64,000 nt of DNA. Origin: a virus. The stretch spans positions 1-64,000 of IMG/VR virus record IMGVR_UViG_3300017991_000010; one strand, 5' to 3'. The notes under the pieces were generated by a model that saw only the letters and a program-made list of their open reading frames with translations, did not search any database and was not told the origin of the DNA. Position numbers and translations under genes: made by a program. This document shows, one piece after another, positions 1-10,900 of the stretch; the first letter of the stretch is position 1, and each line of letters starts with the position of its first letter.

Positions 1-838
1 CAGCACGGAAGTGGCCAATTGGAGCGTGTCCGATCTCACGCACCCAGTCCCCGACGCCGAAGGGATCTTCGTGGAGGTTCCCGGGATTGGCCTTGAAGAT
101 CCGATCGTCGCTGCCGCCCTCGCACTTCTCGTCCAGGAGGATGGGCAAAAACCCGTCGGTGTCGAGTAGGCCAACCAGGGTGCCCTTGCCGCCGCTGCAC
201 CACACGCGATCCCCGACACGATAGTCGTGATGGTCCATGTACCATTGTGGCGTGGGCTCGGCGCTGCCTGGGGCGACCTTGCGGAGGCCTATCTGGCCGT
301 CTTGGACGCCGATGTCGAGATAGTCGACGACCCAGCCGGCAGGCTCAGCGCGGAGCACCTTGCCTGGCTTGCCCTTCGGTGCGTGCGGGTGCCGCACCCA
401 GTCCCCCACGCCGAAGGGCTCGGGGGTGAGGTTACGGCTCCATGTTTCGCAGGAAAGCTGCGGTATGTTTGGGCGAGAGTCCCACTCGACCAAAGTATCG
501 TTGCCCCTAGACTCCGGTCTGAGGGCTACCTTTTGGACCGTCCCAGCCCACCGATCGTTTACCACCCGATCCCCCACCTGATACTCGCTCATTTGATCCT
601 CCTCTACTAGCTCGAGCCACTCGGGGGCCCAGCCGCATCTGTAGGCTCGCCCCGGACCGAAGCGCTCGCTCTTGGTCTCGACGTAGCGCCCTTGCCCTTC
701 ATCGAGCACATCGCACACGGTGGCGATCGCGCCCACGAACTTGTCGCGCCAGGGGTTCCAGGGGCATATGCCGTCGCCGCGCTTCACATCCCGCCCCTGG
801 ATGATGCACACCTTGTCGCCGATCTTGAACTCGCTCAT
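1..838 (-). CDS. Partial protein with repeated KOW/SH3-like (F/Y)x(V/I)GD(K/R/W)V modules; runs off the window edge
   Basis: Hand translation from ATG 838: MSEFKIGDKV...; in-frame internal ATG at 592 (MSEYQVGDRV) preceded by GAGGAG; further modules FGVGDWV, YRVGDRV, FGVGDWV; no stop before base 1. Not in the ORF track. Confidence 0.7.
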   Translation of the reverse strand, partial: MSEFKIGDKVCIIQGRDVKRGDGICPWNPWRDKFVGAIATVCDVLDEGQGRYVETKSERFGPGRAYRCGWAPEWLELVEEDQMSEYQVGDRVVNDRWAGTVQKVALRPESRGNDTLVEWDSRPNIPQLSCETWSRNLTPEPFGVGDWVRHPHAPKGKPGKVLRAEPAGWVVDYLDIGVQDGQIGLRKVAPGSAEPTPQWYMDHHDYRVGDRVWCSGGKGTLVGLLDTDGFLPILLDEKCEGGSDDRIFKANPGNLHEDPFGVGDWVREIGHAPIGHFRA

Positions 839-1233
839 GACTCGTTCTCGACCGGCTCGAGCCAGGCCACGGGCCACCAGTTGTCCTCCTCGCCGAGGAG
901 GCCCACCGCAGGGTAGCCAGCCGGATGCGCGTCATCGACCTCGAAGACTTGGCCGATGAGTTCGTCTCTATCTGACCACGGCCAGAAGTGGCACGCGCCC
1001 TCGGGCCTGATCCGGCGCCCGTCCAGGATGCGCACGCGCTGGCCTGTGCGAAGCCCCCCCGGCATGGGCCTCTCCTCGGGCTCGGACTCCGCTGGCTCGG
1101 GCTCTGGCATCTCGTCGACGAAGCGTGCTGCAGCCAGCCACGCGTGCTTGGCCGGGGCGCTCCAGTCCCGCTCGATCCCGACGACGTACAGCCGCATGGC
1201 GACCTCGAGCTTGATCTCGTCCTTGGTCTTCAT
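835..1233 (-). CDS. Hypothetical protein with a C-terminal SH3-like module similar to the first module of the adjacent gene
   Basis: LRTGQRVRILDG...W..WLEPV matches FKIGDKVCIIQG...WAPEWLEL; ATGA overlaps with neighbours. Confidence 0.6.
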   Translation of the reverse strand: MKTKDEIKLEVAMRLYVVGIERDWSAPAKHAWLAAARFVDEMPEPEPAESEPEERPMPGGLRTGQRVRILDGRRIRPEGACHFWPWSDRDELIGQVFEVDDAHPAGYPAVGLLGEEDNWWPVAWLEPVENES

Positions 1234-2619
1234 CTTTCGTCCTCCCCGCAGACGTGCAGGCAGCAGCGCTCGTGGACTGCCCACGGGCAAAAGTCTGGGC
1301 CTGGGTTTTCGCATGTGTGCTTGGGGCACATGTCGTGCCTTTTATCCTCGCACCAGTGGCACCCTGGATCTGGCACAGCGATCGCGTCCCAATATGCCTC
1401 CACCGTCTCGGCCAGCTCGTCCTGCAGCCTGATGACCCACGCCGCCCAGGCTAGGTCACCAGCCGTAGCCCACAGGAGATCCACCCCCTTGCGCAGCGCA
1501 GCCACTAGCGCGCGGTTGCCGTCGCCGATCGTGCTCGTCGTGACCTTGATGTTCATGGCCCGGCCTCCTTGACCTCTTCGATCTCGACGTCGCAGCAGTC
1601 CCCGATGTCGATCTCGCCCGAGCAGTGGTAGCACAGGCCCGCCCACCAGTCGCCTTCCTTGTAGGCCTTCTCGACCGCAGCTCCCTCGTCGTCGGCCTCG
1701 AAGGTGCCTATGAACTTGCTCGCGTAGTAGAGTCCGTAGATCCTGAACTTCGGCATCTTACTCTCCTTTCGGCAGCGCCCCGGCTGCGCGCAGAGCCTCG
1801 TTGATCGCCTCGCTTCTGGATGCAGCGCTGGCTGCGCCGACGTACCATCGGCCCCCAGCGCACCACATACGCAGCTCCGCTACGCCCGTGGGCGCGCGAA
1901 GGACGAGCACGCGGCACGCCTGCCGCTCGCAGCTCACGGTGCCTGGCGCGCGGTACGGCCCCATCATGACTCTCCTTTCGGTAGCGTCCAGCCGCGCCCG
2001 TTCGGGCCACGCGCTACAGCGCCCGTGGTGTGCAGGTCCACGAGTACAGAGCGCAGGCGCCGCATGCCCACACCCAAACGCTTGCGCAAGGTATGCGTCG
2101 CGATGGGCTCGTCCCTGGCTGCTAGCGCGTCTATCACGGCCTGCTCCAGTTCCTCTATGGTCTTGGTCGCTTTGGGCTTGTCGAAGCCCGTAGCGCGATC
2201 CGCGAAGGCGTCGGCAAACGCCCAGGCATCATCAGCAGCCTGCCACGGGCTAAGGCCCTGGTTCGCGCAGTCGATCATGACGGCCTTGGCCACCTGCACG
2301 CGCGCCTTCTCGAGGTCGCTCGGTTTCATGACTCCTCCAGCCGAGCCAAGCACTGTCGGCAGGTCAAGTAGTTGCCCCCGCTCAGCCCCTGCAGCGTGTT
2401 CACCAGGTGAGGGGCGATGCGGTCGACGTGCCTGGACAGGGCCGGACCCTCCATGTAGTCGTCCGCGTCGCTAGGTACCACTCGCCCGCAAAGGGTGAAG
2501 TAGCCCCCAAGCGCCGAAACGTCCACGGCGTCTGCGCCCACCACGTAGTGTCGCGTGCTCCAGCGCCCTTGGCGCTTCCACGACACATAGCCTCCGCTGA
2601 TTCGATCGTCCTCCGGCAT
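1230..2619 (-). CDS. Five small translationally coupled hypothetical genes (1230-1556, 1553-1756, 1758-1967, 1964-2329, 2326-2619); 1964-2329 has a C-terminal winged-HTH-like segment
   Basis: Overlapping start/stop codons, GGAG RBS, Cys-rich small proteins typical of phage early regions. Confidence 0.55.
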
Positions 2620-4094
2620 CAGTCGTCCTCCCCTAGCCAAGCGCGCAGCTCGGCCAGCACGGTCTCCTCGTCTCGCATCTCGTCCAGGGCAGCGCGCCCG
2701 GCGCCTCCGCCCTCGGTGTCGGCCCCGACGTCCTCGACCACCGCGAGCTTGTCGAGTAGTGAACGCCGAACCTGCTCGTCGATAGTCCCTTCGGCGACCA
2801 GATAGTGGATCGTGACGGGCTTGCCCCCTAGTCGTCCCACGCGCCCCTCCATCTGCACGAGGTCGTGGGGTGTCCACGGGAGCGCGCACCACACGAGCCC
2901 GTCGGCCTGGTGCAGGTCCATCGAGGTCCTGACGCTGTCCGCCGTGGCGATGAGCGCGGCCGGGCCCTCGTAGCGCTGGAACTCCTCGGCGATCGCGCTG
3001 CGCGGCCTCGAGTCGATGTCCCCGGTCACGCTGCGCAGCCACACGCCGTCGCGCACTGCCTCGCGGCACTCCTTCTCGACTACCTTGCCCAGGGCCAGCG
3101 TGAGGTGCGCCACGAGCTTCTTGCGCGAGGTCACGAGCACGACCTTGCAGCCCTGGTTGAGGTACTCGAGCGCCGTCTCGCACGCGAAGGGCTCCTTGGC
3201 CTCAGCAGCGCGCGAGATCGCCATCTCGACGCCCCCGCCCATGTAGCGGCACTGGCTGTAGTCCGGGGTCACGAGGCGTACGTCGCGCTGGACGGCAGGC
3301 AGCTCGTGCGCCACGTCCGCGCGGGACGCGACCATGAAGAGGTGCCCACAGCGCGTCCCCAGCTCGCCCAGGTTGCTCGAGCCCGTGGTGCAGAGGCCGC
3401 CCCAGTCGTTTCGGTAGGCGGCACAGTAGCGCTCGAGCCACTGGAGGCGCCCCAGGCGCTCGTCGCTCTTGCGCGTCCACATGGGGTAGCGTGACGGCGA
3501 GGCGATGTGCATCTGGGCCCAGAGGTCGCGGACGCGATCGCGCACCGGCGTGGCCGTGAGCTGGATCACGCGCCCCCTACGCCTGCGCACCTGACGCGCC
3601 AGCTCGACAGCGTGCTCGAAGCGGCGCTTCTTGTACCCGCCGCTCTGGAGCTTGCGGGGCGGCCTGTGCCCCATCTTCAGCTCGTGCGCCTCGTCGAGGA
3701 TGAGCCATTGCCAGGGCACGTGCGCCAGCTCTTGAGCGCGCCGTCCGATGACCTCATAGTTCGTGACGACCATCGAGGCGTTTTCCAGCGCGCGCTCGAG
3801 GCTCGAGAACGTGCCATCACGATGCACGCCCTTTTTGCTGTACTGCTTGCCGCCCCAGAGGACGGACACAGGCTGCTCGAGCATCCACTCCGCGTCCCTG
3901 GGCCAGACGTGGCGGCCGATCGCGCGCGTCACGATCAGCACGGGCGCGCGCTCGTCCTGAGACCACGCCGCGAGGGTCGTGGCTGTCTTGCCAAGGCCCG
4001 CAGCCCACCAGAGCCCTGCCCACCGCGGATCGGCCAACGCCAACGCGGCGCGCTCTTGGTAGGCACGTAGCTTATGCCAACCGGGGCAGGTCAC
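2619..4094 (-). CDS. SNF2-family (SF2) helicase/ATPase
   Basis: LRAYQ Q-motif, AGLGKT (I), TNYE, LILDEAH (II), TATP (III), QMEGRVGRLG (VI), IHYLVAEGTIDE; GTG start at 4094 overlaps the upstream stop. Confidence 0.9.
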   Translation of the reverse strand: MTCPGWHKLRAYQERAALALADPRWAGLWWAAGLGKTATTLAAWSQDERAPVLIVTRAIGRHVWPRDAEWMLEQPVSVLWGGKQYSKKGVHRDGTFSSLERALENASMVVTNYEVIGRRAQELAHVPWQWLILDEAHELKMGHRPPRKLQSGGYKKRRFEHAVELARQVRRRRGRVIQLTATPVRDRVRDLWAQMHIASPSRYPMWTRKSDERLGRLQWLERYCAAYRNDWGGLCTTGSSNLGELGTRCGHLFMVASRADVAHELPAVQRDVRLVTPDYSQCRYMGGGVEMAISRAAEAKEPFACETALEYLNQGCKVVLVTSRKKLVAHLTLALGKVVEKECREAVRDGVWLRSVTGDIDSRPRSAIAEEFQRYEGPAALIATADSVRTSMDLHQADGLVWCALPWTPHDLVQMEGRVGRLGGKPVTIHYLVAEGTIDEQVRRSLLDKLAVVEDVGADTEGGGAGRAALDEMRDEETVLAELRAWLGEDD

Positions 4095-4279
4095 CGATCC
4101 AGCTCCCTCCGCCCGACCACGTGTGAGATCCACGCTAGCAGCATGACGGCCGCGCCTATCAGCAGCCCGCAGATGAACGACGCTCCATCGTAGGTCTCGA
4201 TCGCGTTCATGGCGATGAGCGGCCCTGCGATGGCCAACAAGGTGTACGCGAGTCTGAGGACGATCTCTACACTCAGCAT
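4091..4279 (-). CDS. Small two-TM membrane protein
   Basis: Two hydrophobic segments in 62 aa. Confidence 0.55.
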   Translation of the reverse strand: MLSVEIVLRLAYTLLAIAGPLIAMNAIETYDGASFICGLLIGAAVMLLAWISHVVGRRELDR

Positions 4280-4285
4280 GGTCTT

Positions 4286-4843
4286 CTACTCCCCCGGCCA
4301 CTCCGGGATCACGCGCCGGATCTCTCGCGCTTGGAGCAGGCGTTCGTGCGCCAGCTTATCTATGGGCGCGGCAGCCTCGGCATGGTCCATGGCGGTCAGA
4401 GCGAAGCTGCTCGCTTCCTCTGGGGTTGCTAGGCACGGGGTTGCTAGGCACAATGTCTCCGCTGCGCGTGTGGCCCAGCCGACGCCAACGCGAGGCCCCT
4501 GGGCAACTGCAACCCACCGGGGATCGGGCATCTGGTGCTTGCCGTCCAGCCACTCACGCGCCCAGCGCCGCCAAACAGTAGCTCTCGGGTCGCGCACGCC
4601 CCGCATGATCTTCTGTGCGCGTCGGATCGCTCTCGCTACCGCACTTTGGGCCGCGCCAATCAGGACCTGCCCATGCGCAACGATCAACTCGTGCGACAGT
4701 CGCTCGAATTGCCAACCCATCCAGTCCCCGCGCTTGCACAGCCGCCACGCGTCTGCTTGCGTCGCTTTGGGCCCGAGCGACCTGCGCCACTCCATGGCCT
4801 CCTCGCACGAGCCGTGCTCCTCCCCGAACTCGACTGCTAGCAT
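4286..4843 (-). CDS. Ala/Trp-rich helical phage protein, paralog of 59805-60611
   Basis: CEEAMEW...AWRLCKRGDWMGW...GVRDP...WRRWAREW...QAREIRRVIPEWPG aligns with the 59805 ORF. Confidence 0.7.
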   Translation of the reverse strand: MLAVEFGEEHGSCEEAMEWRRSLGPKATQADAWRLCKRGDWMGWQFERLSHELIVAHGQVLIGAAQSAVARAIRRAQKIMRGVRDPRATVWRRWAREWLDGKHQMPDPRWVAVAQGPRVGVGWATRAAETLCLATPCLATPEEASSFALTAMDHAEAAAPIDKLAHERLLQAREIRRVIPEWPGE

Positions 4844-4844
4844 G

Positions 4845-5551
4845 CTACTCCTCCTTGATCCCCAGGGCTTCGGCGCAGGAGGTGCAGTAGGCCACGGCGT
4901 GCGTCTTGGGCAGCGTTCGTCGTCTGTAGTCCACCGGAGTCTCGTCCCACGAATAGAGGACTTCGGGGGCTTCACCACATTCGTGGCAGGCCTTCATGTG
5001 CTGGCTCAGGAACCGCGTCGGATCGATCCTGAGCGCCCGATACGTCCCCCGCTCTGGCGCCCAGCGCGCGGGGTCTAGAAGGGTGCCGTCGGTGGCGGTT
5101 GTGAGGGAATGGTGACGCCGCCGAGTGCTGTTCCCCTCAGCAGCGCGATCCCACAGGGCCTCCAGGCGCTCTTGCAGCTCGGCGTCGGTCTCGTCTCTCA
5201 TGCGTCTTGCCCTTCCCGGGCGCGCCACTGGGGGCAGCAGGATGTCTCGCCCCTGAGCCGACCGACGTGGCGGTTCCATCCAGCTCTGGCTGCATCCTGA
5301 TCGCGGCAGCGCCCGTACAGGCCGCCCGGCAACTTCCTCTCGTCGTACCAGGCGGCGCAGCCGATGCAGCGCTTTCCTGGCATCGCCTCCCTGAGGAACT
5401 CGTCCAGCCGGATGAATACGTCGTCGTGCAGGCGCGGGTCGCGTAACGTCTCCGCGTGCTCCTCGTCGGTCAACATCTCCATCTCTGGATCGTCATAGGG
5501 TCCGACCGACGGACAGTACAGTGTAGGCACCTTGGGCGGTGTGTCTCTCAT
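4845..5551 (-). CDS. Two hypothetical Cys-containing proteins (4845-5201, 5198-5551)
   Basis: CxxC pairs; coupled start/stop. Confidence 0.55.
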
Positions 5552-5674
5552 GTGTCTCTCCCGAAACTCAGCCTACGACAGCGCGATCGCCTGGGTCAAG
5601 CGAAATCGACCCCGAGCGCGAAAGCGGGATCACTCCCCTTGCGCCGCGCCCCCGCACCGTGGTATCACAGATCC

Positions 5675-6700
5675 ATGGGAGAAGATGGGGCGCTCTCGGC
5701 CGAAGAGCGAAAACGAAGACTAGCCCAACGCGCCAAGAGCCTACCGCGCATGGTTCAGGCGGCCACGCCCGTCGAGTGGCTGATCGAGGGCATGCTCGCC
5801 AAGGGTGCGCTGACCGTCGTTGCGGGGCCGGCGAAGAAGGGCGCGAAGTCGATCATCACGATGCAGCTTGCCGTGTGCACGGCCTACGGGCAGCCGTTCC
5901 TGGGCAGGCCAGTCCCTAAAGGTAAAGTGATCTACGCGAACCTTGAGGACGGCGCCGGACGCGTGGGCAGGCGGCTGAAGCTCCACGGCGTGACCGCAGA
6001 GAACCCCGAGGGCGGCGAGATGCTCGGGCTGTACTACCAGGAGGACGTCCGCACGATGCTCGAGGTCATGCCCCGGGACTCCGCGTGCGACCTCTTCGTA
6101 ATCGATCCCCTCGCGCACATCGCTGCTGCCTACGGCGTCGAGTCCGAGAATGACAGCGTGCAGATGACCCCGTTCATGGCAACGCTCCGCGAGTTCGCTC
6201 AGCGACAGCGCTGCGCCGTCGTGCTCGTGCACCACTACCGCAAGGCCGGGGACATGATGCGCGGCTCGACGGCCATCGAAGCGGGCTCAGACGGCTGGTG
6301 GGACGTGGCGCCAGACATCGAGGACCCGAACAAGAAGCTGATCAAGTGGACGCTGCGCGATGGCCCGCCGGGCGAGCAAGGCGCCCTAGTCGAGTTCGGC
6401 GAGGGGACGTCGCTCAAGGCGATCGACGCCGACGAGGTCAAGCCCAAGATCGAGAAGGAGAAGCGCAAGCGCGAGAGCGATGAGGAGCTGCAGGAGCGCC
6501 TCGCTGGGTGGTGGAAGGACAACCCCGGGTGTTACTCGCAGAGCAACCTCCGCGCAGTCATGAGCGTCGGCCAGGAGAAGATCCGGCGCGTACTGACCGC
6601 CATGGAGGTGGTCGGACTGGTAGTCCGGGGGGAGGACAAACAGGGCTGGCGCTTCGTGGGACATAACTCCTTCGAGGGAGATAACTCACATGAAGGGTAG
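5675..6700 (+). CDS. AAA_25/RepA-like (RecA-fold) replicative helicase with a probable C-terminal winged helix
   Basis: WLIEGML..GALTVVAGPAKKGAKS (Walker A variant), VIYANLED, LFVIDP (Walker B), VVLVHHYRK, RGSTAI. Confidence 0.85.
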   Translation: MGEDGALSAEERKRRLAQRAKSLPRMVQAATPVEWLIEGMLAKGALTVVAGPAKKGAKSIITMQLAVCTAYGQPFLGRPVPKGKVIYANLEDGAGRVGRRLKLHGVTAENPEGGEMLGLYYQEDVRTMLEVMPRDSACDLFVIDPLAHIAAAYGVESENDSVQMTPFMATLREFAQRQRCAVVLVHHYRKAGDMMRGSTAIEAGSDGWWDVAPDIEDPNKKLIKWTLRDGPPGEQGALVEFGEGTSLKAIDADEVKPKIEKEKRKRESDEELQERLAGWWKDNPGCYSQSNLRAVMSVGQEKIRRVLTAMEVVGLVVRGEDKQGWRFVGHNSFEGDNSHEG

Positions 6701-6860
6701 TCCGGACTGTTTGCGTAAGTATGCGAAAGCTGGGTCGGACCGGTCCGACGGACTGGTAGTCCGGACTGATAACGCCCGTACCCCGACCAGTCCGGACTGA
6801 TAGGGCCCCCTACGTAGTAGGGGCCCCAGTCCAGTCCGGTCTAGGGCAGGGGCAGTCCGA
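6613..6860. repeat. Cluster of palindromic AGTCCGGACT repeats; putative replication origin
   Basis: AGTCCGGACT at 6699, 6758 and 6789; 16-bp palindrome GTCGGACCGGTCCGAC at 6734-6749; CGGACTGGTAGTCCGG at 6613 and 6749; further CAGTCC half-sites to about 6858. Confidence 0.7.
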
Positions 6861-6943
6861 TGAGGGGAAGATGAGAGGCTCGAACAACATAACCCCGCTG
6901 AAGCCGCTGTCAAGCGTTACCGTATATATAAGGAGGAAGATCA

Positions 6944-7561
6944 ATGGGCAGTAACACGCAGTGGAGCGAGTACCGGGAGTTCGAGGCCGAGCCCGGAGCG
7001 ACGATCGCGTCGTGGTACGAGGCAGGCCTGGGCGTGGGCATGTCGAGCGGGTGGCGTGCGGCGCTACGCATCTCAGACGTCGTCCACGCCGAGAGCAATC
7101 TGATGCAGGACCGCACCAGCGCGATCGCAATGGTCGAGGCCGAGCTGCACATCATGCGCGAGGAGGGGCTGCGGGATCTGCCCAAGGGGCCGTCTGAGGA
7201 ATAGGCACGCGCCCCGAGGCGTAGACCATAGAGGAGGGACAGCATGAACAAGACAATCACGCGGGACCAGCTCCAGACCACGACCATCAGCAACCTGCTG
7301 ATCGAGTCGTACCGCGAGCGGCTCCAATGCGACCCGTGGATGTTCGACGGCGCCCCCGTGTCGGCCATCGACACAACTCGGTACCGAGCAGTCGCGTGGG
7401 TGTGCGGGTACGAGGTCGCGGTCGGTCGCGGGAGCACGCGCAAGGAAGCAGTGGACGTGGCAGCCCAACGCGCACTCAAGCGGCGCGAGGTCGATCGCGA
7501 GTGGCGCGCTAGCCTGAACATCGAGGAGGACGCGATCGAGGAGGGGCGCGATGACCGGTGA
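6944..7561 (+). CDS. Two hypothetical proteins (6944-7204, 7244-7561)
   Basis: Strong AGGAGG/GGAGG RBS before each ATG. Confidence 0.6.
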
Positions 7562-7934
7562 CGAGAAGAAGGTGCTGTGGGAGCTGTGCAAGCGCGCGAC
7601 GCCTGGGCCATGGGAGTGGGACGCGCAGTCGAAGTACATCACGGCTTACGCCGACGGCTCAACGGTCGCGGCTGTGGGCTGCGCTCCTGCCGACCGCGAG
7701 TTCATCGCCATGTCGCGCGAGGCCGTCCCCGAGCTACTCGAGGAGATCGCGCTGACACGCCAGATGTTCGCCGTCGCTGGTGCGCTCGCGCTGCTAGCCC
7801 TGGACGAGCTACCCCCGGCCACTGCGCTCCAGATCGCCAACCTGCCCCTGCGCGATCCCGAGGAGGCGATCAACGCGTACCGGCGGAAGATCCGCCAAGT
7901 GCTGGGCGACACGCCCGAGGAGGATGCGGGATGA
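7551..7934 (+). CDS. Ead/Ea22-like phage protein
   Basis: RATPGPWEW...DREFIAMSREAVPELLEEI fits the ATPGPW...FIA..R..VP.LL pattern. Confidence 0.65.
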   Translation: MTGDEKKVLWELCKRATPGPWEWDAQSKYITAYADGSTVAAVGCAPADREFIAMSREAVPELLEEIALTRQMFAVAGALALLALDELPPATALQIANLPLRDPEEAINAYRRKIRQVLGDTPEEDAG

Positions 7935-10900
7935 GTCCCTACCGAGGCAGCGCGCCGCCCGAGCCCCCAGCCCGCGAGCCGTTCCGCTTCGTCAAGGGGA
8001 CGTGGCTGTACTACCTGTGGGCGCTGGTGTCCCTGTGGCCCTCGATGATCGCTCGCGTCTACGGCAGGGGCGGCGAGCACCCGTGTTGGGCGCCGGCCAT
8101 GTGCGCCTGGGTGCACGCGCTCATGGGCGTAGGCATAGCGATCGCGTTCTGGGTGGATGGCGTCCCGGTGGCCGTCGCATTGATGGCCGTCGCTGTGGTC
8201 CTGTTCGACACAGGCTGGGCACTGATCGGATGGCCCAGAGGTGCGCCCTTGCTCTACGGCGTGAGAGCGCGTCCGGAGCCGAAGCCCTTGCCATGGGAGG
8301 ACGAGCGATGAGCCGGGGGATGTGGCTTGGCGTCGCTATGGTACTGGTGCCCCTGATTGTCACGATCGGGAGCATGGCATACATCGACACGTTCTGCATC
8401 AGGTCCTACCTGGCGGGAGGAGTGTCAACCGGGGCGTACGTCACGCTGCTGGCGTGGATGGGGAGGGAGCGATGACCGACGACATCTACCCCGTCCCCGC
8501 ACCAAAGCACAAGGTCATCGGCTCAATCCCAGCGACCATCCGGAGCGACGGCGAGGCCGAGGTGCCGGTGAACGTGGAGGCCGAGCGCCAGCGCAAGATC
8601 AAGCGGCGCATCGCAAGCCTCCTGGCCGAGGAGCGCGAGCTGTGGGCGTTCGTGCGCAAGCATGACGAGGTCGGCGACCTAGCGCGTGACTGGGGCGAGA
8701 CGGTCCAGGTGTTGCGCAAGGTGCTAGGCGCCCTGCGCGAGCACGAGTCGCCCGACATCGGCTCGCTCGCCGCTACGTGCTACCAGGACTTCGGGGACGA
8801 AATCGCGCTGCTCGAGGAGCACCTGGCGCGATACGAGAGGAGGGTACCGAGATGATCTGGCTCGTGACGAACGCCAAGGGGCAATCATCACGTGTGATCG
8901 CCGCCGATCGCAAGGCCGCGCGGGCCAACTCCCGGGTCACGAACCCGCACGGGAAGCGCTCCAACCTCGATGTGCGCCCGGTGAGTTGCGAGGCACCTGG
9001 ACACTACGACCGATGGGGGAATGGCGCAGCCAAGCCCCTGCGACAGGCGGTTGCGTACGTGCGTGACGTGCCCATGTGCCCCGTCTGCATAGCGCATCTG
9101 AGCAAGCCCTTGGACGAGCGCGTCGCCGAACTCGAGGCGCGTGTCGCGTCACTGGAGGATCAAGCATGAGACGCAACCTGTGCAGTACCGAGTGCTACTT
9201 CTGCGGGGACGAGCCCAAGCTGGTCGAGAAGCCTCGACTGATCACCCAGCGGGATGCAGGTCGGTTCTTCGACGAGTACGCCGGGATGCTCGTGGCCGAC
9301 GCCGAGTGCCCAAGCTGCCGCGCCCAGTACCTCGCGTGGGTTGACATGCGGGGGTGCAAATACCGCACGGTTGACCCCTACATCCACGGCGACCCCTACT
9401 TCGACCTGTCGTTCCGCAAGACGTTCAACGACGAGCCGGCCTGTGGCGATCAGCCCCCGTGGTACTGGTGGGAGGAGCGCGAGCGCAAGCTGCACGATGC
9501 ACTGGCCGTAGCGCTGGACTACATCTCGCCCTTCGAAGCACGGCGCGTCGGCTTGGAGAAGTACCGGAGGAACCAAGATGAGCGATAGACCGACCAAAGC
9601 GCCGCTACGCAAGATCGTGGAGCGGCACAAGCCCAAGGGCTGGTACGGACGAAGGCGTCCAGAGCGCCAGCGCGTCACTCTCGAGTGCGGGCACGACAGC
9701 GACATCCCGTACGGAGCCCCATCGATGCGGACGCGGTGCTACGGTTGCCTCCGCGAGGAGCAAGCGGCCTGGGAGGGCGAGCACACCTGCGCTCATGGCG
9801 TGCTCGTAGTCGATGGCCGCGTGTGCAAGGACTGCGAGATCGAGCGGCTGCGCGCTGCGCTGTTGAAGTACGGGGGGCACGAGCGACGTTGCCTACGCGC
9901 ACCCGACAGCACCATGACCGTGCTCAGCGGCCCTCCCCCGACGTGCGACTGCGGCTGGGAGGCGTTGTACCGAGAACTCGCGGGGGGATCGTGATGTCCG
10001 GCCCGCACCGCACGCTTGTAGGAGGCCAAACCGCTCGTGTACCAGAGCGCAACATACATCGGTTTGTGAAAGTCGGCGAGCTTGCCATAGGCGCGACAAT
10101 GTTCGCCGAGGAAGGCTCGCTATACGTAGACTCAAGACGCTGCTTGTACATAGCATCAGATGCCCTCTGCCGTCCGTACCGCTTCTATCGCGCCGACGGA
10201 CGCTGCATCCGCGTCGAGCGCCAAGAGCAGGGGATCGTCGTGGCGATCCGCCCCGGCGCCCGCCTCAAGACTGCCTCGCATGTCCCGGGCAGCGCGATCC
10301 CCGTGATCAAGATTTGGTGGGAAAAGCCCTGAGGGTGTGCTATTATCCCAAGCGGAGAGACCATGAGCCCCGAAGCAATCGCTGACCTGCTAGTCGCTGG
10401 CGCTCAGTACCTAGGCGCTGCGATGGCGCTCTACGCGCTTGTGAGCACGGGCGTGTGGGTCGCGAAAGTGTGGCTGGGACGAAGGAGAAGAGACGATGAA
10501 GGCTGACTACGGCTGCAGCGACATCCACTGTGTGCTCAGGGACAACCCCGTCGGCACCAATGGCGGATGCTCGTGCCTCCGGGGCCTCGAGCTGCGCGAC
10601 AGGGTCGTGGTGCGCCGGCGGCTGCTGGAGTGGCGACGGCTGCAGGATCTGCTGCGCACGATTGCCAAAGGAGAGGACGATGAAACCGCGTGAGTGCGAG
10701 TTTCGTAGCGAACGTGGCCTGTGTCCGCGTGTCACAGAGGGCGCACCGTGGCACCCCTGCCAGCAGGACGGCTGCCCGCGCCCCTCCATCGACTGGCCCG
10801 AGGCCGAGGGGGACGAGCGGGTGCGGAGGGCCCTGATCACGCTGAAGAAAACGCGCCCGCATGACCTAGCTCTCACCAATGAAATGGTGGACGCGCTGGA

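Noticed and set aside
4422-4451. 15-bp tandem repeat GGGGTTGCTAGGCAC x2
   Set aside because: A simple in-frame duplication (CLATP twice) with no sign of further function.
5675-6700. AAA protein as the genome-packaging ATPase
   Set aside because: Its motifs (LED, IDP, HH.RK, RGS) fit AAA_25/RepA helicases rather than A32/FtsK, and it lies outside the structural block.
723-8146. HIP1-like GCGATCGC occurrences suggesting a cyanobacterial host (sqdB would fit)
   Set aside because: The scattered copies could arise by chance at this GC content; enrichment cannot be shown without counting.
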